Source of the DNA: Spirochaetaceae bacterium
GTDB taxonomy: Bacteria > Spirochaetota > Spirochaetia > DSM-27196 > Alkalispirochaetaceae
Length of the DNA: 64,000 bases
Assembly: GCA_046540995.1 (NCBI GenBank)
Contig: JBKHED010000005.1
Coordinates: 32,052 to 96,051 of the forward strand
Direction: 5' to 3'
Positions 1 through 8,710 of the stretch are shown here, in pieces. Position numbers and translations under genes: made by a program. The notes under the pieces were generated by a model. The model made no database searches. It was given only the letters and a program-made list of their open reading frames with translations, and had not been told where the DNA came from. Position 1 is the stretch's first letter, and each line of letters opens with the position of its first letter.

Positions 1-48
1 AGGCGGAGAACGATTCCTCTGTTGATCTTTACGTCGGTTCTCATCTAT

Positions 49-66
49 TTGTACCAGCTTTCACAA
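49..66 (+). promoter_or_regulatory. Rex-like operator candidate TTGTACCAGCTTTCACAA overlapping the -35 of the hydrogenase promoter
   Basis: Matches 11 of 14 specified positions of the recalled Rex consensus TTGTGAA-N4-TTCACAA, with a perfect right half-site. It sits in the AT-rich region upstream of an NADH-linked hydrogenase operon. Confidence 0.3.
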
Positions 67-88
67 TAACGGATTTGAGTCTATAATA
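60..88 (+). promoter_or_regulatory. sigma70-type promoter P1 of the hydrogenase operon
   Basis: -35 TTCACA (60-65), 17-nt spacer, -10 TATAAT (83-88), in the only AT-rich stretch of the window. Confidence 0.45.
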
Positions 89-162
89 ATAAGCTATAGG
101 TTGCAACACAGAGTGCGTACTAGTCACTAAACAAACACGTATCGATAATTATATCCTAAGTG

Positions 163-191
163 TTGCAAAAATACGAGTGGCGGAATACAAT
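163..191 (+). promoter_or_regulatory. alternative promoter P2 upstream of hydC
   Basis: -35 TTGCAA (163-168), 17-nt spacer, -10 TACAAT (186-191). An AAGGAG SD follows at about 225. Confidence 0.3.
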
Positions 192-235
192 GACCGCACC
201 AATCCGGACATATCCATTAGTGTAAGGAGATCGCG

Positions 236-724
236 ATGGCAACCAGCGCCCCGGAACGCGTACAACTACCCCAGGAGCTTCTCGATTTCGTGGAGGAGTG
301 GAAGGATAAGCCGGGGAATCTCATAATGATTCTTCACCGGATGCAGCAGATTTACGGGTATATTCCCCGGGCGGAGGCTCTCGAGCTCGCTCATGTTCTT
401 GATATTCCCCTCGCTAAGATCTACGGCGTCATAACCTTCTACCACTTCTTTAAGCTCAATAAGCCCGGAAAGAACAAGGTTCAGGTCTGCATGGGCACCG
501 CCTGTTACCTCAAGGGCGGACAGGACCTCATTCAGGAGCTCGAGAACCTTCTCGGTATCGGGGTCAACCAGACTACTGCGGATCAGGAGTTTTCCATGGA
601 GGCTGTTCGCTGCGTCGGCTGTTGCGGTTTAGCGCCGGTGGTGGTTGTCAACGAAGAGGTCTACGGAAAGGTGAACAAGGAACGGTTGCCTGAAATCCTC
701 GCGGAGCACCGAGGAAAGAAGTAG
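236..724 (+). CDS. hydC: NuoE-like [2Fe-2S] subunit of NADH-dependent [FeFe]-hydrogenase (HydC)
   Basis: Motifs CMGTACYLKGG and CVGCCGLAP are typical of the 24-kDa NuoE family. SD AAGGAG lies upstream. It is first in the operon with NuoF-like and HydA genes. Confidence 0.9.
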   Translation: MATSAPERVQLPQELLDFVEEWKDKPGNLIMILHRMQQIYGYIPRAEALELAHVLDIPLAKIYGVITFYHFFKLNKPGKNKVQVCMGTACYLKGGQDLIQELENLLGIGVNQTTADQEFSMEAVRCVGCCGLAPVVVVNEEVYGKVNKERLPEILAEHRGKK

Positions 725-1296
725 TGCATTACACGGTGTGTGACCTGCTCCTCGATGTAGTTCAGAACTCCATCGAGGCAGAGGCGCGCAACGTTAGGGT
801 CTCTCTAGAAGAGAAGGACAATCGACTTCTTGTGGAAGTGGAGGATGACGGTCGAGGGATGGACGAAGAGACCCTTCGTCGCGCCCGCGATCCCTTTTAC
901 ACCGAGCCGGGCAAACACCCGGAGCGGCGAGTGGGGCTCGGGATTCCGTTTCTTATTCAGACCGTCGAGGCCTCCGGAGGGAACTATGAGATCAGCTCCG
1001 AGCCGAGTCGGGGTACGAGGCTCCGCTTCGACCTGGACCTCGGTAATGTCGATACCCCTCCCATGGGAGACCTTCCCGGGACTCTACGGCAGATGCTCTG
1101 CTATGACGGGTCCTATGAGATGGAAATTGTCCGACGGCGGGGTGAGCGCGGCTACGAGATAAAACGATCGGAGCTGATCGAAACCCTCGGAGAGTTGGAG
1201 CGTGTTGGAGTCCTCGGGCTCCTACAGGAGTTCCTGGAGTCTCAGGAAGCATGGATAAATGAGGAGGCTGAGCATGGCACGAATGACCCTCGCTGA
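724..1296 (+). CDS. small GHKL (histidine-kinase-like) ATPase domain protein embedded in the hydrogenase operon
   Basis: Contains the N-box-like QNSIEAEARN, the G1 DDGRGM and the G2 region GLGIPF. The GTG start overlaps the hydC stop. Confidence 0.75.
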   Translation: MHYTVCDLLLDVVQNSIEAEARNVRVSLEEKDNRLLVEVEDDGRGMDEETLRRARDPFYTEPGKHPERRVGLGIPFLIQTVEASGGNYEISSEPSRGTRLRFDLDLGNVDTPPMGDLPGTLRQMLCYDGSYEMEIVRRRGERGYEIKRSELIETLGELERVGVLGLLQEFLESQEAWINEEAEHGTNDPR

Positions 1297-1672
1297 GCTG
1301 CGCAAGCTGCGAGACCAGAAGCGCGGCGAGATGGATATGCGGGATAGCTCGAACAAGAACATTCAGATCATCGTTGGCATGGGCACGAGCGGTATCGCCA
1401 ACGGCGCAAAGGATACCCTCAACGCATTCGTGGAGATCCTTCGGAGAGAAGGGCTCACAAACGTGGCGGTTAAGCAGACCGGAGGTCTCGGCCTCGATCA
1501 CGCCGAGCCCACGGTGGAAGTCCGGATGCCGGAAATGCCCACCGTCATTTACGGCCGGGTTGACCGCAAAGTGGCGGAGCGTATCGTCAATGAGCACATC
1601 CAGGAGAAGAGGCTCGTGGATGAGCACGTCTATGATCGTCCGGCCCCGGATATTGTTGAAGAGCAGGAGTAA
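1274..1672 (+). CDS. thioredoxin-like [2Fe-2S]-ferredoxin-fold protein lacking all cysteines
   Basis: Aligns by eye to the N-terminal 2Fe-2S domain of HydB in this window (VGMGTSGIANG...TGGLGLDHAEP versus VCGGTACESS...TGCFGFCEQGP). SD GAGGAGG lies 6 nt before the ATG at 1274. The longest ORF starts at 1259. Confidence 0.7.
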   Translation: MARMTLAELRKLRDQKRGEMDMRDSSNKNIQIIVGMGTSGIANGAKDTLNAFVEILRREGLTNVAVKQTGGLGLDHAEPTVEVRMPEMPTVIYGRVDRKVAERIVNEHIQEKRLVDEHVYDRPAPDIVEEQE

Positions 1673-1675
1673 GGG

Positions 1676-3457
1676 ATGGCATTTAATCATTATTGCCTGG
1701 TCTGCGGTGGTACCGCATGTGAGTCGAGCAAATCGGATGAGATCTTTCAGAGTATTCGGCACGAGGTCCACGCCAAAGGCTTGAGCGAAGAGGTGCAGGT
1801 CGTAAAGACCGGCTGTTTCGGTTTCTGCGAGCAGGGTCCGATCGTCAAGATTCTCCCGGAGGACGCCTTCTACGTAGGGGTAAAGCCCGAGGACGCCGAG
1901 GAGCTTGTGGAAGAGCACCTGGTGAAGGGGCGACCGGTGGATCGGTTGCTCTATTCAGAGAGCAAAGAGCTCGCCCGGGTCGATGAGATCAGTTTCTACC
2001 AGAAGCAGTTCCGAATTGTCTTGCGGAACTGCGGCTTTATCAATCCTGAGAGTATCGACGAATATATCGCCCGGGACGGCTACGCCGCCCTGGAGAAGGC
2101 GCTCTTCGAGATGACCCCCGACGATATCCTCGCAGAGCTCGAGAAATCGGGCCTCCGAGGACGCGGGGGCGCGGGATTTCCTACCTGGAAGAAGTGGAAG
2201 TTTACGAAGGACGTAGAGGCGGACATAAAGTACGTTGTCTGTAACGCCGACGAGGGCGACCCCGGTGCGTATATGGACCGAAGCGTTCTCGAAGGCGACC
2301 CTCACTCGGTCCTCGAAGCGATGACGATTGCCGGCATTACCTGCGGTGCGAGCATGGGTTACATCTACATCCGCGCGGAGTATCCCTTGGCGATTCGACG
2401 ACTGAACAAGGCGATAGACCAGGCGAAGGAGATGGGCCTTCTAGGAGAGAAGATTCTCGGTTCCGATTTCTCCTTTGACATCGAGGTACGCCTCGGCGCG
2501 GGCGCCTTCGTCTGCGGTGAGGAGACCGCGCTGCTCGCCTCCATCGAGGGCGAGCGCGGTATGCCGCGACCTCGACCCCCCTTTCCAGCGGTCAAGGGGC
2601 TCTGGGATAAGCCGACAGTCATTAACAACGTGGAGACCTGGGCAAATATCCCGGTAATTATCACCCGTGGGGGTGACTGGTTCGCCAAGATCGGAACGGA
2701 GAAATCCAAGGGAACCAAGGTTTTCGCCCTCACCGGCAAAATCCGAAACAGCGGCCTCGTCGAGGTTCCCATGGGGACCCCGCTGCGGGACATCGTCTAC
2801 TCCATCGGCGGCGGTATCCCGAACGAGAAGAAGTTCAAAGCGGTGCAGACCGGTGGCCCTTCCGGGGGTACTATCACCCACGAGTACCTCGACACCCCGA
2901 TTGACTACGAGCACCTGCAGGAGCTCGGCTCGATTATGGGGTCCGGCGGAATGATCGTTATGGATGAGGACGACTGTATGGTGGACGTCGCCAAGTTCTA
3001 CCTGGAGTTTACCGTCGAGGAGTCCTGCGGCAAGTGCGCCCCCTGCAGAGTCGGTGGTCGGAAGCTGCACTCCATTCTCGATCGAATCACCAAGGGGAAG
3101 GGAGCGATGGAGGACTTGGAGAAGATCGAGGAGATCAGCCTGGCGATGCAGAAGGCGTCCCTCTGTGGTCTCGGGCAAACGGCGCCCAACCCGGTCATCT
3201 CCTCGATGCACTACTTTCGCGACGAGTATGAGGCGCACATCACCGACCATAGTTGTCCAGCGGGAGTGTGTAAGGATCTGGTCCGGTACTTCATCCTTCC
3301 GGACAAGTGTATCGGCTGTACCCTCTGCGCTCGGCGCTGCCCGGTAAACTGCATTTCCGGCGAACGTAAACAGGTGCACGAAATAGATCAGTCCCGCTGT
3401 ATCAAGTGCGGCGAGTGCTACAACGCCTGTAAATTCGGCGCCGTTGAACGGAAGTAG
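1676..3457 (+). CDS. hydB: NuoF-like NADH/FMN-binding subunit of [FeFe]-hydrogenase (HydB) with N-terminal 2Fe-2S and C-terminal 2x[4Fe-4S] domains
   Basis: Motifs GRGGAGFPTWKKW, ESCGKCAPCR, CIGCTLCARRCP and CIKCGECYNACK. Confidence 0.92.
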   Translation: MAFNHYCLVCGGTACESSKSDEIFQSIRHEVHAKGLSEEVQVVKTGCFGFCEQGPIVKILPEDAFYVGVKPEDAEELVEEHLVKGRPVDRLLYSESKELARVDEISFYQKQFRIVLRNCGFINPESIDEYIARDGYAALEKALFEMTPDDILAELEKSGLRGRGGAGFPTWKKWKFTKDVEADIKYVVCNADEGDPGAYMDRSVLEGDPHSVLEAMTIAGITCGASMGYIYIRAEYPLAIRRLNKAIDQAKEMGLLGEKILGSDFSFDIEVRLGAGAFVCGEETALLASIEGERGMPRPRPPFPAVKGLWDKPTVINNVETWANIPVIITRGGDWFAKIGTEKSKGTKVFALTGKIRNSGLVEVPMGTPLRDIVYSIGGGIPNEKKFKAVQTGGPSGGTITHEYLDTPIDYEHLQELGSIMGSGGMIVMDEDDCMVDVAKFYLEFTVEESCGKCAPCRVGGRKLHSILDRITKGKGAMEDLEKIEEISLAMQKASLCGLGQTAPNPVISSMHYFRDEYEAHITDHSCPAGVCKDLVRYFILPDKCIGCTLCARRCPVNCISGERKQVHEIDQSRCIKCGECYNACKFGAVERK

Positions 3458-3472
3458 GACAGGAGTTAAACG

Positions 3473-5224
3473 ATGAGCATGGTAACGCTGAAAATAAACG
3501 GAGAAGAGGTCAACGTTCCCGAGGGAACATCGATCTACAAAGCTGCGCTGCAGCTCAATACGAAGATCCCGGTGCTCTGTTACCACCCGGACCTGCCGGC
3601 CTGGGCGGCCTGCGGAATCTGTGTGGTTAAGATCGAGGGCTCCCCGAAGTTGGTCCGCGCCTGCGCCACCAGCGTGGAAGAAGGAATGAACGTCATTACC
3701 CACGATCCGGAGCTCCATCAGATTCGCAAGACCACGATCGAGCTCATTCTCTCGACCCATCCGAACTCCTGCCTCACCTGCCCGCGGAACCAGACCTGCG
3801 AGCTCCAGACGCTGGCGGCGGACTTCGGCATTAGGGAGATCCCCTTCGAGATGAACGTGGCGGAGATCGAGCGCGACGCCACGACGCCTTCCATCGTTCT
3901 CGATCCGGAAAAGTGCGTTAAGTGCGGCCGCTGCGTCGCCGTCTGCCAGGGGATGCAGGACGTCTACGCTCTGGAGTTCATCGGCCGGGGTGACGATGTG
4001 CGGATGGCTCCCGCCGGTGACATCGCGCTCAATGAGAGCCCCTGCATTAAGTGCGGTCAGTGCTCGGCGCACTGCCCGGTGGGTGCCATTTACGAGAAGG
4101 ACGACACGCGGGCGGTATTCCACGGACTGCGAGACAAGAGCAAGCACTCGGTAGTGCAGGTCGCCCCGGCTGTTCGCGTGGCGATCGGCGAGGCGTTCGA
4201 CTATGATCCCGGAGAAATCACCACCGGCAAGCTCTATGCGGCGCTTCGGAAGCTCGGATTCGACACCATCTTTGATACCAACTTTGCCGCGGACCTCACC
4301 ATTATGGAGGAGGCTACGGAGTTCGTTGAGCGCTTTGCCAAGGGTAAAGGGCCGATTCCGATGGTCACCACCTGCTGTCCCTCTTGGGTAGACTACATGG
4401 AGAAGTACTACCCGGAGATGATCCCCCACTTCTCCACGGCCAAGTCCCCTCAAATGATGCTTGCGGCGATGACCAAGAGCTACTACGCCGAGAAGATCGG
4501 CAAGAAGGCGGAGGAAATCTTTCACGTTTCCGTCATGCCCTGCACCTCAAAGAAGTACGAGATCTCCCGGGGTACGGACATGTATACCTCCGGGACCCAG
4601 GATATCGACGTTTCCATTACCACCCGGGAGCTCGCCAGAATGATTAAGTCCGCGGGCATCGACTTCCGGACCCTTCGCGAGGAAGAGGCGGATACCGCTC
4701 TCGGCATCTACTCCGGGGCAGGTACCATCTTCGGTGCCACCGGTGGCGTGATGGAGGCGGCCATTCGTTCCGCCCACTACTTTGTCACCGGTCGAAACAT
4801 GGAAAAGGTCGAATTCGAGCCGGTCCGAGGTCTCGAAGGGGTCAAAAAGGGCGTGGTCGATCTCGACGGTACTGAGGTGCGCGTAGCGGTGGCTCACTCT
4901 ATTAGCAACGTCCGCACCGTTATCGAGGAGGTCAAAGCGGCCCTGGAGCAGGGCGAGGAGCCACCCTACCACTTCGTAGAGGTGATGGCGTGCCGGGGTG
5001 GTTGTATCGGCGGCGGAGGACAACCCTACGGCGCCACCGATGCGATTCGCCGGAAGCGAATCGCCGGGATTTACAACGACGATACCGCCTCGAAGGTGCG
5101 CTGCTCTCACGACAATCCGCAGATCAAGGTGCTCTACGAGGAGTATCTCGGAGAGCCCTTGGGTGAAAAGAGTCACAAGTATCTGCACACCCATTACACG
5201 GCGCGAAAACTCTACCAACGGTAG
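3473..5224 (+). CDS. hydA: [FeFe]-hydrogenase catalytic subunit (HydA) with N-terminal ferredoxin-like cluster domains
   Basis: H-cluster motifs TTCCPSWV, MPCTSKKYE and EVMACRGGCIGGGGQP, plus several CxxCxxCxxxC clusters. Confidence 0.95.
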   Translation: MSMVTLKINGEEVNVPEGTSIYKAALQLNTKIPVLCYHPDLPAWAACGICVVKIEGSPKLVRACATSVEEGMNVITHDPELHQIRKTTIELILSTHPNSCLTCPRNQTCELQTLAADFGIREIPFEMNVAEIERDATTPSIVLDPEKCVKCGRCVAVCQGMQDVYALEFIGRGDDVRMAPAGDIALNESPCIKCGQCSAHCPVGAIYEKDDTRAVFHGLRDKSKHSVVQVAPAVRVAIGEAFDYDPGEITTGKLYAALRKLGFDTIFDTNFAADLTIMEEATEFVERFAKGKGPIPMVTTCCPSWVDYMEKYYPEMIPHFSTAKSPQMMLAAMTKSYYAEKIGKKAEEIFHVSVMPCTSKKYEISRGTDMYTSGTQDIDVSITTRELARMIKSAGIDFRTLREEEADTALGIYSGAGTIFGATGGVMEAAIRSAHYFVTGRNMEKVEFEPVRGLEGVKKGVVDLDGTEVRVAVAHSISNVRTVIEEVKAALEQGEEPPYHFVEVMACRGGCIGGGGQPYGATDAIRRKRIAGIYNDDTASKVRCSHDNPQIKVLYEEYLGEPLGEKSHKYLHTHYTARKLYQR

Positions 5225-5254
5225 ATTCGCATAGAGCCTCCTTCTACTATGGTT

Positions 5255-5287
5255 GGGCCGACTTCCTCCCGGGAGTCGGCCCTTTTT
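5255..5287 (+). terminator. rho-independent terminator after hydA
   Basis: Stem GGGCCGACT / AGTCGGCCC (extendable by 3 more pairs) followed by TTTTT (5283-5287). Confidence 0.75.
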
Positions 5288-5309
5288 CGCGACCATGGTG
5301 CAAACCCTC

Positions 5310-5338
5310 TTGTCGTCGGCGCGCGGCCATCGTAGCTT
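5310..5338 (+). promoter_or_regulatory. candidate promoter for the SBP lipoprotein / aroDE unit
   Basis: TTGTCG, 17 nt, TAGCTT, then 11 nt to the ATG at 5350. Confidence 0.3.
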
Positions 5339-5349
5339 TACAGCTACCC

Positions 5350-7179
5350 ATGGGACGTTTGAAGCCGCTCAGTGCCCTATTCCTCCTTCTTCTCGCGTTC
5401 TCCGGCTGCTCGAATGGGGGCGACCAGGGGGATGTCGACCCGGTCACCGGGGAGACACCGGCCGCCACCGGTTTCGTGGATAGCGGAGTCCTCCGAATGA
5501 CCCGCCTCCGGAGCCCGATTGAGACTCCGGAGCTCTCTCTGCTCCTCTTGGGGAGGGCGCCAGAAACTCTCAATCCCTGGCGGGATCCGAGCGACCTCGA
5601 GCTCCTGCTCTTTCCTCGCGCTATACGGAGGAACCCGGAAACTCTGGAGTGGGAGCCGTGGATGGCTGAGAGCTGGGAGGTCGGCGAGGAGCGGCGCAGC
5701 GTGGTGGTGACGATCCGAGACGGAGCGTTTTGGAGTGACGGGACGCCGGTGACCGCGGCGGATTGGGTTAGCCCGGCGAATCGGTACTTCACCGATAGGG
5801 CGCTTCGGACGCCGTACCGTGATCGACCGGAGCTCACCGGGCTCGCTCCGCGGTGGGAGTCCCTCGGAGAGCTGAGATTCCGCATTAGCGTCGGACACCC
5901 CGTCGATCGCAATACCCTTCTTTTCCTGCTCTATCTGCCCCCGCTCCCGTCCCGATTCTTGGAGGAGTCGGGGGGTGAACCGAGGGCGAGCCAGGAGCTC
6001 AACGAGCTATGGCGGTTGGACGCCGGCGCCGTCACGAGGGAGGAGATTACGCTTCCTCCCGCGGCGGGGCCCTACGAGCCGCGCTCGGTTAACCCCGCGC
6101 AGAATGGGGAGCTTGCGGTGAGCCTGGAGCGACGGAGTTCCTATCGCGATCCGCGGTACACCGCCTTCGGGGCGGAGCGTATCGTCTTTCGCTTCCAGTT
6201 CGGTCACTCCGGGGGGGAGGCAATCACGGAGAGCGGAGCGGCGAGCGACTTCGAGGAGTCTGGCGCGTTCGGAGAGGCCGATCTGATCTATGTTCCATCC
6301 CCTTCCCCTACCCTGAGTCCCGCCGAGGGGTATGAGCGAGTCTCCGTCGGCGCCGACATGACCCCGGCACTTTTGCTCTTTGCTCCCGCTCTGCCGAACG
6401 CCAGGGAGATCCGCGGGCTCGCCGCGGAGGCGAAGGAACGGTTCTTTCAGGCTATGGAGCGACCGGGAGTGGTTCGCCGGGACCTTCCTTCCCTGGGGAG
6501 TGGGCGCATTCTCTTCTCATCGCCGAGGGAGGGAGTTGAGGGAGAACCGCCCCCCCTCGGGGCGTCGGAGGGCGCCGGGGAGGGGGAGAGCTTGCGCTTG
6601 TTCGTGCTCGACCGGCCGCTCCACCGGGAGTATGTCGAGGGATTCCTGGGGCTCGCCGAGAGGGCGGGTATTCGTGTCGATCCGGAGTACCTGGGGGAGG
6701 AGGAGATCGCCGGCGCTCTCCTCTCATCCGAGAGCTGGGACCTGCTCCTGCTGGAGTTGCGGGAGCGGTTCGATCCGGTGGTGGGTGATCCGCTTCTCGG
6801 CAACGCCCTTCCTCTCACGGGGCAGTGGCGCCTTCTCGCCTCGGAGGCCCCGACCCGGAGCGTACTGAGCGAGCCCCTCTCCCCGACGGAGCTCTCGGAG
6901 CTTCGGGTCGGTGGGATCGAGGAGGCGGAGCTTCCCACCCTTCTTCCGCGTCTCTGGGCAAAGGTCGTCACCTCCCCTCGGGAGGCGGAACGGGAGCGGG
7001 CCCGGGACCTCCTCCAAACACTCTGGAAGCAGGAGGAGCCGTGGCTCTATCTCTATGACGAGGAGCGGCTGCACTACACCCGGAAGAGTCTCGGCAACCT
7101 GTTATTCCGGCATCTCCCGGGGGCCGAGCTCGGGACTCTGCTTCCTCTCATTTATGTCGACGCCGGAGGTGTTCGATGA
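5350..7179 (+). CDS. lipoprotein, family-5 ABC substrate-binding-protein-like (orphan, no permease nearby)
   Basis: Signal peptide with lipobox LLLAFSGC. The segment WMAESWEVGEERRSVVVTIRDGAFWSDGTPVTAADWV resembles the SBP_bac_5 core. Confidence 0.7.
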   Translation: MGRLKPLSALFLLLLAFSGCSNGGDQGDVDPVTGETPAATGFVDSGVLRMTRLRSPIETPELSLLLLGRAPETLNPWRDPSDLELLLFPRAIRRNPETLEWEPWMAESWEVGEERRSVVVTIRDGAFWSDGTPVTAADWVSPANRYFTDRALRTPYRDRPELTGLAPRWESLGELRFRISVGHPVDRNTLLFLLYLPPLPSRFLEESGGEPRASQELNELWRLDAGAVTREEITLPPAAGPYEPRSVNPAQNGELAVSLERRSSYRDPRYTAFGAERIVFRFQFGHSGGEAITESGAASDFEESGAFGEADLIYVPSPSPTLSPAEGYERVSVGADMTPALLLFAPALPNAREIRGLAAEAKERFFQAMERPGVVRRDLPSLGSGRILFSSPREGVEGEPPPLGASEGAGEGESLRLFVLDRPLHREYVEGFLGLAERAGIRVDPEYLGEEEIAGALLSSESWDLLLLELRERFDPVVGDPLLGNALPLTGQWRLLASEAPTRSVLSEPLSPTELSELRVGGIEEAELPTLLPRLWAKVVTSPREAERERARDLLQTLWKQEEPWLYLYDEERLHYTRKSLGNLLFRHLPGAELGTLLPLIYVDAGGVR

Positions 7180-8678
7180 TCTGTCTGACCGCTACCCAGA
7201 AGAGCCCCGCCGAGGCGGCGACGGCGATCGAGGCTAACCGTCCCTGGATCGACATGGTGGAGCTACGCCTCGATTTCTGGAATCTCCAGGACCCGAAGCT
7301 GTTCGAGGACGAGCTTCCCCGGGATCTTCCCCGGATTGTCACGCTCCGCAGGGTGAGCGATGGCGGGCGCTTCGCCCTGAGCGAGACGAAGCGTGCGGAT
7401 CTCCTCACGGTAGCTCTGGAGCGTCTCAGGCCGGAATACGTGGATTTGGAGGACGACTTCTGTAATACCCGGGAGGGCTCGGAGCTCCTCGCCTTTGCAC
7501 GCTCCCTCGGCTGCAGGATCGTTCGGTCGGTTCACGACTTCGAGGGAACCCCGGAAGAGTTGGCGGACCGAATACGCCGTCTCGATGCCGCCGAGGGAGA
7601 TGTGACGAAGTACGCCGTCACTACCGCCTCTACCGCGGATTTGCTTACCCTCCATAGGGCGGCGGAGGCGGTGTTCAGGGCGGAGCCCGGGCGAGAGCGG
7701 GTGCTTCTCGGCATGGGGACCTACGGCGTTCCCTCCCGGCTCCTTCCCAGTCGGTTCCACGCCGCGTGGACCTACTGCTCTGCCCCCGATCCCGGGACGA
7801 CTCCCGGGGCGCCGGGACATCTCTCCCCCCGGGAGCTGATCGAGCGTTTCGCTCACCGAGAGGCGGAGGCGGGAGAACCGCTCTTCGCGATTTTAGGGGA
7901 CCCGGTCCTCCACTCCGGATCGCCGAGTTACCACAACCGTCGCTTTCGGGAGAAGGGAGCGCCGGGAGCGTATATCGCCTTTCCAGCTGATCTGCTCGAC
8001 CCTACGATGGAGCTCCTCGATCGGCTCGGTTTTCGGGGCTTGTCGGTCACCATACCGCACAAGGAGGGGGTGATTCCCTTCCTCGAGAGAGCGGAAGAGT
8101 CCGTTCGTGCGATGGGGGCGTGCAACACGCTGCTGAGGAGCTCCGCCGGGGGGTGGCGCGGTCTCAACACCGACGTGCCGGGATTTCTCGGCCCCCTGAA
8201 GCGGGAGCTCCCGGAGTTGCGCGCTCTTCGGGCGCTGGTAATCGGCGCCGGCGGTGCGGCGAGGGCGGTGGTCTTCGCCCTTCTCCAGGAAGGGGTTGAG
8301 CTGACCGTGGCGAATCGCACGAGAATGAGGGGCGAGGCGCTCATCGAGGAACTGCTGGCCGGAGGCGGTGGCGCCGGGGGCGCCGGGGTTGCCCCCCGGG
8401 CGCTGAGTCTGAACGATCCGGTGCTACCGCGTACTCCTTTTGACATTATAGTGCAGACAACCAGCGTCGGCATGGATGGTCTCTCCGAACCGCTTCCGGA
8501 GCTTCCGATCGGACCGGGCCAGTTAGTCTACGATATCATCTACACCCCGCCGGAGACGCCGCTCATTCTCCGGGCCCGGGCCGCGGGGGCTCGGACCATC
8601 GCCGGCGGCAGGATGTTCGAGGCCCAAGCGGCGGCGCAGTTCGATGAGTTCCTCCGACTCGCTCGGGAGAGCGCATAG
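7176..8678 (+). CDS. aroDE: bifunctional type I 3-dehydroquinate dehydratase / shikimate dehydrogenase
   Basis: The N-terminal half is AroD-like (VHDFEGTP, TKYAVT). The C-terminal half is AroE-like (SVTIPHKE, NTDVPGF, GAGGAARAV). The ATGA start overlaps the upstream stop. Confidence 0.85.
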   Translation: MICLTATQKSPAEAATAIEANRPWIDMVELRLDFWNLQDPKLFEDELPRDLPRIVTLRRVSDGGRFALSETKRADLLTVALERLRPEYVDLEDDFCNTREGSELLAFARSLGCRIVRSVHDFEGTPEELADRIRRLDAAEGDVTKYAVTTASTADLLTLHRAAEAVFRAEPGRERVLLGMGTYGVPSRLLPSRFHAAWTYCSAPDPGTTPGAPGHLSPRELIERFAHREAEAGEPLFAILGDPVLHSGSPSYHNRRFREKGAPGAYIAFPADLLDPTMELLDRLGFRGLSVTIPHKEGVIPFLERAEESVRAMGACNTLLRSSAGGWRGLNTDVPGFLGPLKRELPELRALRALVIGAGGAARAVVFALLQEGVELTVANRTRMRGEALIEELLAGGGGAGGAGVAPRALSLNDPVLPRTPFDIIVQTTSVGMDGLSEPLPELPIGPGQLVYDIIYTPPETPLILRARAAGARTIAGGRMFEAQAAAQFDEFLRLARESA

Positions 8679-8703
8679 CGTGGGGGAGCGCATAGCGTGG
8701 GGG
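8670..8703. repeat. perfect 17-bp tandem duplication (AGCGCATAGCGTGGGGG x2) spanning the aroDE stop codon
   Basis: Direct reading: positions 8670-8686 and 8687-8703 are identical. Confidence 0.9.
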
Positions 8704-8710
8704 AGGGGGC

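Noticed and set aside
98-175. Repeated GTTGCAA heptamer (99-105 and 162-168) in the hydC leader as a regulator site
   Set aside because: There are two copies of a 7-mer in an AT-rich region with no dyad symmetry or known consensus. That is too little evidence, and one copy is already explained as a possible -35.
2441-4525. 694-aa ORF on the minus strand, plus other long antisense ORFs at 992-1918 and 4547-5296
   Set aside because: They lie antisense to hydB/hydA, which carry unmistakable cluster and H-cluster motifs. Their products are Arg/Gly/Leu-rich with no motifs. Long stop-free antisense frames like these are typical of GC-rich coding DNA.
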